DNA from: Caldilineaceae bacterium
Lineage (GTDB): Bacteria; Chloroflexota; Anaerolineae; Caldilineales; Caldilineaceae
Reading direction: 5' to 3'
Assembly (NCBI GenBank): GCA_965214715.1
Contig: OZ243971.1
Coordinates: 2,256,326 to 2,320,325, forward strand
Length of the DNA stretch: 64,000 nt
Part shown: piece after piece, positions 20,161 to 27,569 of the stretch
Layout of the letters: each line of letters opens with the position of its first letter
Numbering within the stretch: position 1 is the first letter of the stretch
The notes under the pieces: generated by a model
What the model saw: only the letters and a program-made list of their open reading frames with translations
Databases searched by the model: none
Told to the model about the DNA's origin: nothing
Position numbers and translations under genes: made by a program

Positions 20161-21741
20161 TCACTCCCGCACCGCAAATTCCGCTTGCCAGAGGGTCCGT
20201 CGTTCGGCGGGGAGCCATTGACCGACGCGCATGCGCACAATCTCGTACTCCGGCAGCGGAATGATCACAAGGCACTGCCCGTCGGCGTGCATCCCGCCCG
20301 CCTCCCGGAAACGAAAATCCCGATTGTCGAAGCCGTATGCCCGCCGCGCCCGGGGCAGGCTGTCCAGATCGGCCGGCACCAGGTGCAGGACGAACGGCGC
20401 CTCGGTATCCGCCGGCGCACACGGCTCCCGGAAGTAGATCAACCGGTTGTCGCGGTGATAGACCGCAAATGCGGCGCGGACAACCGGCACCTGGGCCGCG
20501 AGCGCCTGAGAGGTCCTCTCGATGAAAGCCGCCGCAGTCGGGCGCACCGCAAATTCCGCTTGCCAGAGGGGTGGCTCGCCGGAGCGCCGTTGGCCGACGC
20601 GCATGCGCACAATCTCGTACTTCGGCAGCGGGATGATCACAAGGCACTGCCCGTCGGTGTGCATACCGCCCGCCTCCCGGAAACGAAAGTCCCAATTGTC
20701 GAAGCCGTATGCCCGCCGCGCCCGGGGCAGGCTGTCCGGATCGGCCGGCACCAGGTGCAGGATGAACGGCGCCTCGGTATCTGCCGGCACACACGGCTCC
20801 TTGAAGTAGGTCAACCGGTTGTCAATGAGATAGACCGCAAATGCGGCGCGGACGACCGGCTCCTGGGCCGCGAGCGCCGAGATGAAAGCCGCCTCGGTCC
20901 GGATCCTGACATACTGAAACCCCATCAACCCGACACTGGCCACCACGACTCCCGCGCACACCGTCCGCCAGGCCGGCCCCGCGGGCGCCGTGTTCCGGCC
21001 GCCCAGCCCCAGCCCCAGTTCCAGCGCATAGCCCAGGCAGAGAAAACCGAACAGATACTCCTGCGCTTCATTGATCTTCCCCTGGTGGGGATTGTACTCG
21101 TTCACATAGGAGACCGCCAGCACCAGCAGCCCCGTGGTGGCGATGAGCATGAACCACCCGGGTTGTCGGGCCAGCAGCGTGTAGCAGGCCAGCAGCAGCA
21201 ACAGATGTTTCCCGCGCCTGAAAAGGAAGTCCGGATCCAAGGCAACAAACGGGATGTCGGGATTCGCAGAGTAGGCCACCGTACTCGGATAGTAGGCCAG
21301 CATCACCAGAAAGCCCAGCAGCAGGGTGGCGTACCAGACGGTGTTTCTCACTACATTATTACCTCTGGAACCAATGTTGTGCACGTTGAATTCGCCCTGG
21401 AAGTTCACCGCCTGCAGGAAACCGGGCGTCGCGAAGCCGAAGAGCCGTTGCCCCCAACTGATTTCCTCGCCCGCACCGAACACCAGGGCGAGGCCCCCCA
21501 GCACATAGACGCCGCGCCGTCCCAGGCCCCGCTCCCTCCCGGCGGCGAACAACAGGACGAGACCGGCCAGACCCAGCCAGACCGCAGTGAGATTCTCCAC
21601 CACATTGTCTTCCTGCACCAGCGCCCTGTATTGCGGCGCGTCGGCCGCGAGAAGATAGCCCAGGCCAAGGACGTTCAGACACAGGCCCAGATAGCCCAGG
21701 AGGGCAACTTGCCCCCCCCCCCCCCCATTATGCGCCACCAT
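20161..21741 (-). CDS. polytopic membrane protein (about 8 TM, GAGEEISWGQRLFGF loop) with two tandem C-terminal copies of the family domain (paralogue A)
   Basis: 526-aa intact frame starting ATG GTG GCG CAT AAT + G15. About 90% identical to the inverted copy at 22287..23936. The opposite-strand ORF 19801..21819 is a GC shadow. Confidence 0.8.
   Translation of the reverse strand: MVAHNGGGGGQVALLGYLGLCLNVLGLGYLLAADAPQYRALVQEDNVVENLTAVWLGLAGLVLLFAAGRERGLGRRGVYVLGGLALVFGAGEEISWGQRLFGFATPGFLQAVNFQGEFNVHNIGSRGNNVVRNTVWYATLLLGFLVMLAYYPSTVAYSANPDIPFVALDPDFLFRRGKHLLLLLACYTLLARQPGWFMLIATTGLLVLAVSYVNEYNPHQGKINEAQEYLFGFLCLGYALELGLGLGGRNTAPAGPAWRTVCAGVVVASVGLMGFQYVRIRTEAAFISALAAQEPVVRAAFAVYLIDNRLTYFKEPCVPADTEAPFILHLVPADPDSLPRARRAYGFDNWDFRFREAGGMHTDGQCLVIIPLPKYEIVRMRVGQRRSGEPPLWQAEFAVRPTAAAFIERTSQALAAQVPVVRAAFAVYHRDNRLIYFREPCAPADTEAPFVLHLVPADLDSLPRARRAYGFDNRDFRFREAGGMHADGQCLVIIPLPEYEIVRMRVGQWLPAERRTLWQAEFAVRE
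20164..20905 (-). repeat. in-gene tandem duplication, two units of about 375 bp (about 125 aa) encoding the C-terminal domain
   Basis: CGCACCGCAAATTCCGCTTGCCAGAG recurs at 20168 and 20543, and the units align throughout at roughly 90% identity. Confidence 0.85.
21712..21726 (-). repeat. C15 (G15 on the coding strand) homopolymer, codons 6-10 of paralogue A
   Basis: Counted directly from the sequence. Encodes GGGGG. Confidence 0.95.
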
Positions 21742-21891
21742 GTTCTGCCCATGGCCCGCCCGGGTGCTCCGCAGGGAGCGTACCGTGATTCATTCTGCAT
21801 GGTCCCGCCTGTGGGGTGAGGCATCCAGTGCACCGGAGCCCATCATACCGCGGAAGCATCCACTCCCGGCACTGCAGCATTGTACCTGTAT

Positions 21892-22100
21892 CCCGATATC
21901 TCCATGGCCCAGACTGGATCCGCCGCGGTCCAGGGGCAGAGCCATCCGGGCCCGGATCGCCTGTACCTCTTTTTTGCCCCTGTACAGATCGATGTAAAAA
22001 TCCGACTGCAGGATGAGTGGCCAACTGAGTGGTCAACAAAGCATGGCGGCAATGCGTTGGGTCAGGGGACTGTCGGGATTTCCAGGACATTGTGCAGGTC
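21892..22100 (-). pseudogene. fragment of a second AstE/AspA-like gene in the inverted-repeat spacer
   Basis: The minus strand reads ...CPGNPDSPLTQRIAAMLC*..LILQSDFYIDL.., matching ECPGNPDGTLTQRIADVLCRQLILQSDFYIDL of the intact gene. A 33-nt stretch is identical to 19418-19450. Contains an in-frame stop and an internal deletion. Confidence 0.6.
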
Positions 22101-22286
22101 CTGGCATATACTGGAGGGCCGCGGCCCAGCGTCCGCGCTGCGGTGCCGGGAGTGGATGCCTCCACGGTATTGGACCGGTAGAACCGCGGGATGCCTCACC
22201 CCACAGGCGGGACCATGCAGAATGAATCACGGTACGCTCCCTGCGGAGCACCCGGGCGGGCCATGGGCAGAACATGGTGGCGCATA

Positions 22287-23936
22287 ATGGGGGGGGGGGG
22301 GGGGCAAGTTGCCCTCCTGGGCTATCTGGGCCTGTGTCTGAACGTCCTTGGCCTGGGCTATCTCTTCGCGGCCGACGCGCCGCAATACAGGATGCTGACG
22401 CAGGAAGACAGGGTGGTGGAGAATCTCACTGCGGTCTGGCTGGGTCTGGCCGGTCTCGTCCTGTTGTTCGCCGCCGGGAGGGAGCGGGGCCTGGGGCGGC
22501 GCGGCGTCTATGTGCTGGGGGGCCTCGCCCTGGTGTTCGGTGCGGGCGAGGAAATCAGTTGGGGGCAACGGCTCTTCGGCTTCGCGACGCCCGGTTTCCT
22601 GCAGGCGGTGAACTACCAGGACGAATTCAACGTGCACAACATCGTCATCGGTGCGCAGGATTGGAATAGAAGAGCCGTCTGGTACGCCACCCTGCTGCTG
22701 TGCACGGCCACCGGCGCCGCTTTCCTGTGCCGCAAGGATACCCTCTGCGGGCTCCCCTTGCCCTCCATGCCCCTGCTGCTGGGCTTTCTGGTGATGCTGG
22801 CCTACTATACGACTTCCCAAAGCGGATTTATTTTGGATCCGAACTTCCTTTTCATGCGCGGGAAACATCTGTTGCTGCTGCTGGCCTGCTACACGCTGTT
22901 TGCCCGACAACCCGGATGGTTCATGCTCATCGCCACCACGGTGGTGCTGGTGCTGGCGGTCTCGTATGTGAACCGGTACAACTCCCGGGCCATCGACCTT
23001 AACGCGATGGTGGAAGTGCAGGAGTATCTGTTCGGTTTTCTTTGCCTGGGCTATGCGCTGGAACTGGGGCTGGGGCCGGGCGGGCGGAACACGGCGCCCG
23101 CGGGTCTGGCCTGGCGGACGGTGTGCGCAGGAGTCGTGGTGGCCAGTGTCGGGTTGATGGGGTTTCAGTATGTCAGGATCCGGACTGAGGCGGCTTTCAT
23201 CGAGAGGACCTATCAGGCGCTCGCGGCCCAGGAGCCAGTCGTCCGCGCCGCATTTGCGGTCTATCTCCGCAAAAACCGGTTGACCTACTTCAAGGAGCCG
23301 TGTGTGCCGGCAGATACCGAGGCGCCGTTCATCCTGCATCTGGTGCCAGCTGATCTGGACAGCCTGCCCCGGGCGCGGCGGGCATACGGCTTCGACAATC
23401 GGGATTTTTACTTCCAGGGAGCGGGCGGTGTGCACGCCGACGGGAAGTGTTTTGTCATCATCCCGCTGCCGAAGTACGACATTGTGCGCATGCGCGTCGG
23501 CCAACGGCTCCCCGCCGAGCAACGGGCCCTCTGGCAAGCGGAATTTGCGGTGCGCCAGACTGCGGCGGCTTTCATCGAGAAGACATCTCAGGTGCTCGCG
23601 GCCCAGGTGCCGGTTGTCCGCGCCGCATTTGCGGTCTATCTCCGCGACAACCGGTTGATCTACTTCAAGGAGCCGTGTGCGCCGGCAGATACCGAGGCGC
23701 CGTTCGTCCTGCATCTGGTGCCGGCCGATCCGGACAGCCTGCCCAAGGCGCGGCGGGCATACGGCTTCGACAATCGGGATTTTCGTTTCCGGGAGGCGGG
23801 CGGGATGCACGCCGACGGGCAGTGCCTTGTGATCATCCCGCTGCCGAAGTACGAGATTGTGCGCATGCGCGTCGGCCAATGGCTCCCCGCCGAGCAACGG
23901 GCTCTCTGGCAAGCGGAATTTGCGGTGCGGGAGTGA
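22287..23936 (+). CDS. polytopic membrane protein with two C-terminal family domains (paralogue B)
   Basis: Intact frame. With G16 it is served by the ATG at 22287 (ATA-ATG-G15) or by in-frame ATGs back to 22191. The ATGGTG start used by paralogue A (22274) is out of frame here. Confidence 0.8.
   Translation: MGGGGGQVALLGYLGLCLNVLGLGYLFAADAPQYRMLTQEDRVVENLTAVWLGLAGLVLLFAAGRERGLGRRGVYVLGGLALVFGAGEEISWGQRLFGFATPGFLQAVNYQDEFNVHNIVIGAQDWNRRAVWYATLLLCTATGAAFLCRKDTLCGLPLPSMPLLLGFLVMLAYYTTSQSGFILDPNFLFMRGKHLLLLLACYTLFARQPGWFMLIATTVVLVLAVSYVNRYNSRAIDLNAMVEVQEYLFGFLCLGYALELGLGPGGRNTAPAGLAWRTVCAGVVVASVGLMGFQYVRIRTEAAFIERTYQALAAQEPVVRAAFAVYLRKNRLTYFKEPCVPADTEAPFILHLVPADLDSLPRARRAYGFDNRDFYFQGAGGVHADGKCFVIIPLPKYDIVRMRVGQRLPAEQRALWQAEFAVRQTAAAFIEKTSQVLAAQVPVVRAAFAVYLRDNRLIYFKEPCAPADTEAPFVLHLVPADPDSLPKARRAYGFDNRDFRFREAGGMHADGQCLVIIPLPKYEIVRMRVGQWLPAEQRALWQAEFAVRE
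22289..22304 (+). repeat. G16 homopolymer at the start of paralogue B
   Basis: Counted directly. One G longer than the mirror copy. Confidence 0.95.
23188..23933 (+). repeat. in-gene tandem duplication, two units of about 375 bp encoding the C-terminal domain
   Basis: AAFIERTYQALAAQEPVVRAAFAVY...AEFAVRQ is followed by TAAAFIEKTSQVLAAQVPVVRAAFAVY...AEFAVRE. Confidence 0.85.
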
Positions 23937-23946
23937 CGGTGCCGCT

Positions 23947-24146
23947 GGATCCTCAGCATCTGCAGGATACCATGGTGATCGTGGCGTAACCCATATGCCC
24001 GCCTTTAAGGCCAATCCCCGCACCAGTCCGGTGGAGACGCCTGCACCTGGCGCGGGCCCGATATCCCCATGGCCCAGACTGGATCCGCCGCGGCCCAAGG
24101 GAGAGCCACCCGGGCCCGGATCGCCTGCACCTCTCTTTGCCCCTGT
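23947..24146. pseudogene. mosaic AstE/AspA-like gene fragments
   Basis: 23947-24035 is the reverse complement of 19533-19622 of the intact gene (DPQHLQDTMVIVA*..HMPAFKANPRTSPV). 24057-24146 repeats the 21892-21983 piece in direct orientation. Confidence 0.55.
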
Positions 24147-24252
24147 GCTGAGAAGGAATACAGGGCCGGAACAGGGCGCGTACAGACTTCCGCGGCCTCT
24201 TGTCTCTCTGCGCGCCTTGCGGCGGGACCGGAACTCGCGGGTGCCGCCTGGG

Positions 24253-25857
24253 TCAGGTGGGTGCCAGCACTTTACCGGGCCGCTGTCCCGTATGTTGTCC
24301 CTGGCGTACCACCGGGATGCCATTCACCAGTACATGCGAGATGCCCATAGCAAATTGATGGGGCTCTTCAAAGGTCGCCCGATCCAGGACAGTATCCGGA
24401 TCGAACACTGCAATATCGGCTTTGCCGCCTGCTTGCAAACGCCCGCGGTCGGTCAGACCTAATCGGTCCGCCACCTGACCACTCATCTTGAAAACGGCTT
24501 CCTCCAGGGAAAGTACCGGTTCCTGACGTACATAGCGACCGAGCACCCTGGCATGCGCGCCATACGATCGCGGATGGGGTTTGCCGGTATGGAGGCGCGT
24601 GCCGGGCGTCAATGCATAACCGTCCGATCCCATCATGCCCAAGGGATGCCGCAGAAACGCCTTCATGTCCTCCTCGGTGCGGTAGAAGAAAATCACCCCC
24701 AGGCGGGCATCGTCCAGGTCCATCAAGGCCAAGGCTGCGTCTACCGGTTCCATGTCCAAGGCGTGGGCGACTTCCGCCATGGTCATCCCTTCGTAGGGCT
24801 TGGCCGCCTCGGTATGCGTGGTGCTGACCAACAGCCTGTCCCACAACCACGGCCACCCTCTGAACAGTCCTTCGTGCAGCATGTCATCACGGATTGTCCG
24901 CCGTGCCTGGGGATCCCGCAGGCGCTCCCGCAACGCCGCAGGCCCTCCGGACTGGGCCCAAGTGGGTATGCATTGGCTGAAACCGCTGCTGCTGGCAGCA
25001 TAGGGATATACATCGAAGGTAATGTCATGTCCGGCCGCCACGGCATCTTCACAGACACCCATGACTGTGTCTGCCTCTCCCCAATGGCGTGGGTCATTGA
25101 CGGCCATGTGGGCTACCTGTACGGGCGCCCCCGTGGCCATCCCAATGTCTATCGCTTCCTGCACGCCCTTTACATGGTAGCCAGCCCAGCCGCGTATGTG
25201 GCTTGTGTATATCCTGCCGGGCCAACGCGCCATCGCCCGAGTCAGAGAGATGATCTCAGCCGTATTGCCATACGCGCTGGGCGGCAGAGTCAGCCCGGTC
25301 GAGAGGCCCACCGCTCCCTGTTCCATGGCCCGTTCCACCTGATACTGCATGGCCCGGATCTCGTCAGCGGAAGCCGCCCGATCCGCAAAACCCACCACCA
25401 GGCCCCTGACCGCGCTGTGTCCCACCAGGGGCGCAATATTGAGACTCACCCCGATCTCCGCGACCGTCTCGCGATATCCCTCCAGATCCTGCCAGGTCCA
25501 CGGCACGGCATCCCCGAAAATGCTGCTCAGAGTCTGGCGCAGGGCCTCCGTGCGGGCCGGCGAAACGGGAAAGGGGCTGTACCCGCAATTGCCTGTCACT
25601 TCCGTGGTCACGCCCTGCATGACCTTGCTCATGCCCAGCGGTTCCGCCAACAAGGTGAGGTCCGAATGAGTGTGAATGTCAATGAAGCCGGGTGCCACTA
25701 CCTGTCCGTCGGCATGGATTACCTCAGCGGCAGTGGCGTCGGCCAACCGGCCCACTCTCGCAATTTTGCCATTCCGGATGCCCACATTGCCTGGGTAGGC
25801 TTTGGCACCGGTGCCGTCCACCAACAGCCCGTTTCGGATCAGCGTATCGAATGTCAT
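24253..25857 (-). CDS. N-acyl-D-amino-acid deacylase (D-aminoacylase) family amidohydrolase
   Basis: FDTLIRNGLLVDGTG...VVAPGFIDIHTHSDLTLL N-terminal metal motif. Start at ATG 25857 with RBS GGGAGAAAG. Confidence 0.9.
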   Translation of the reverse strand: MTFDTLIRNGLLVDGTGAKAYPGNVGIRNGKIARVGRLADATAAEVIHADGQVVAPGFIDIHTHSDLTLLAEPLGMSKVMQGVTTEVTGNCGYSPFPVSPARTEALRQTLSSIFGDAVPWTWQDLEGYRETVAEIGVSLNIAPLVGHSAVRGLVVGFADRAASADEIRAMQYQVERAMEQGAVGLSTGLTLPPSAYGNTAEIISLTRAMARWPGRIYTSHIRGWAGYHVKGVQEAIDIGMATGAPVQVAHMAVNDPRHWGEADTVMGVCEDAVAAGHDITFDVYPYAASSSGFSQCIPTWAQSGGPAALRERLRDPQARRTIRDDMLHEGLFRGWPWLWDRLLVSTTHTEAAKPYEGMTMAEVAHALDMEPVDAALALMDLDDARLGVIFFYRTEEDMKAFLRHPLGMMGSDGYALTPGTRLHTGKPHPRSYGAHARVLGRYVRQEPVLSLEEAVFKMSGQVADRLGLTDRGRLQAGGKADIAVFDPDTVLDRATFEEPHQFAMGISHVLVNGIPVVRQGQHTGQRPGKVLAPT

Positions 25858-26220
25858 GTCTGGTCTTTCTCCCTTGCCCCACACGTTGTCGCTGCAGTCT
25901 CGACCATGCATGACTTGTCCAGTGATCACAGCCACATGCATGGTCGATATGGACAACTGTACAGTCTTGTCATTGCTTATGTCAATCATACATTTCCGGC
26001 CCAGCAGAGTCAGGGAAAGTATAGGGGGGTTATAGATCTAGCTAATAATGCAGGGATGGCCGGCGCATTGACATCGTGAGGTGTGTGGTGTCTCTCTGGT
26101 CACAACGACCGCAGAGCGCCGTGCCGTTTCGGCCTGAGGGGACGCTCGCGTCCTCAGACTGGTATACGGCGGATGGTTGTTGTGGCAAGGCGCTATTCAG
26201 TTGCCACGGGAGGACACCTC

Positions 26221-26889
26221 ATGCGAAGTCGCTGGATTGCACTTTGTATTTGTTTTGTCTTGGTATCCGATCCGGTCCTGGCACATTTTTGCGACGCCAG
26301 CTATCCCACGGAACAGGACCGGGCAGATTGTCGGTGGAGATATTGGAATGGCGAGTCGACCGCAGCGGATAGACAGGGTCCTGCCGTGTCCCCGGCAGCC
26401 ACACCGGTCCCGGCCGGATCCCCGCCGGAGGCGCAGGAACAGGCTTTTATCAGGGACTGATATACCCAAACTCAGATATATCCTGTTCACGGGTCCGTGC
26501 GGTGCCCCCTGGCAACGCCGCGCGCCGAGCTGCATGGGCCGGGGGGCTACAGAGGGCCCCATGCGATCCGCACACCGCCAGGATAGCCCCAGCGGTGTGC
26601 CGCCCGCGGCAGTCCCGATGGTGACTTGGGTATATCAGTCCCTCTTATCACGCACACTGTGGTACGGGGCGAGTTTCTGAGTCTGCTCGCGGCCCGCTAC
26701 CACTGTACAGTCTCTGTATTGGCTGCCATAAATCACATTGCCGATCCCAGCCGGATTGCCGTGAATGACCTGCTGTGGATTCCGGCGAACTGTACCGGGG
26801 TCGGCACCGGCGTCCTCACTACCTACTACCTATGGAAGCTACATCCCCAGAAACATGAACTATGGCTGCCTCCGCCGCCGTTGCCGTGA
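26221..26889 (+). pseudogene. secreted LysM-domain protein gene interrupted by a MITE-like insertion
   Basis: Signal peptide MRSRWIALCICFVLVSDPVLA (RBS GGGAGG) runs to ...EAQEQAFI. The LysM domain (HTVVRGEFLSLLAARYHCTVSVLAAINHIADPSRIAVNDLLWIP) resumes in the same frame after the 190-bp element. Confidence 0.7.
26453..26642. mobile_element. MITE-like element, copy A (190 bp)
   Basis: Terminal inverted repeats GGGACTGATATACCCAA / TTGGGTATATCAGTCCC. Flanked by TTTTATCA / TCTTATCA (8 bp, 7/8). The internal block GATATATCCTGTTCACGGGTC...GGCAACGCC is shared with copy B. Confidence 0.7.
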
Positions 26890-27569
26890 CAAACTCGGCC
26901 AGCTCCCTCATCGCCGGTGTGGCGGTTTTCTCCATAACATATACACATCTACACATTTGGCATCGCGCCCGATTCGGGTAGCCAGCTTTCCTTCACGGAC
27001 TTTTCCCCTCAATCATCGACGATTGGGCTGGGGGATCCTGATTCCCTTCTTCTGTGGGCTCTCTATTCGTGGCAGCCTTCAGCTCCTGTTACAGTACCCT
27101 CGCGGGCGCCGTGTAGCCCCGTTGCGGTACGACCTTGGTTGGTTTTACCGAAAACCGCGCTGCCCTAATAGCCACAGACACCACTGTGGTCTTGGGAATT
27201 CCCTCGGCACCAAGTTTTACTGCCGTTGACCTTTTCTTCTGGGGACGGCCTTTTCTCAAGTGGGTCGACCGGATTGTCGGCTCGGGCGTTCGGGGTCGTG
27301 GCGGGCATCGGTGGCGCGGCCCTCATCGCATGGATGCTGCCTCACGGAGCCATACACTTGGGAAGGAAGGTACATGTCGGCAGCTGCAGTGACGGTGCTG
27401 ATCATTACGGTGGTTCTGAGAATGCGCCCCGCCCCGTAACGTATTCAAGGCCGCACAAGGAGGTCATTCCAGCGATTTCGGCAGTGGGCAGGGCACTGGC
27501 CCTACATCTGGAGCCGGAACAAACCAGGTGGTGCGACAGAGCGCAACCGCCCGGCATGGAGGACGGCGG

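Larger units (their letters stand above)
20150..23947. repeat. large inverted repeat: arms about 20150-21826 and 22189-23947, spacer about 360 bp
   Basis: Arms carry the two paralogous genes head-to-head. 5' leaders are mirror-identical (GGATGCCTCACCCCACAGGCGGGACCATGCAGAATGAATCACGG...), and the 17 bp after both stops are identical (GAGTGACGGTGCCGCTG). Confidence 0.9.

Noticed and set aside
21827-22188. The spacer between the inverted genes as an invertible promoter (fim- or shufflon-type switch).
   Set aside because: No recombinase gene is nearby. The spacer is made of AstE-gene debris with its own short inverted segments, and both genes carry their own identical leaders inside the repeat arms.
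20164-23933. Could the repeated C-terminal domains be template and variable repeats of a diversity-generating retroelement?
   Set aside because: There is no reverse transcriptase or Avd-like gene in the window. Differences between copies are spread over all base types rather than confined to adenine positions. The copies are all in coding context.
19801-24323. Very long ORFs antisense to the paralogous membrane genes (19801..21819 +, 672 aa; 22227..24323 -, 698 aa), and likewise 37549..38673 - and 39665..40912 -.
   Set aside because: Arg/Pro/Gly/His-rich composition, no motifs, and exact overlap with better-supported genes on the other strand. These are typical high-G+C shadow frames. The same applies to 385..1416, 1486..2682, 10371..11780, 17050..18864, 24553..26079, 28963..30156, 31921..33201, 33211..35178 and 52075..53268.
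26890-27569. Interval of about 680 bp after the LysM gene with ORFs 26765..27229 and 27226..27672, and a basic KGRPQKKRSTAVKLG... stretch on the minus strand.
   Set aside because: All frames are short or compositionally implausible. The minus-strand stretch is under 60 codons and has no identifiable family.
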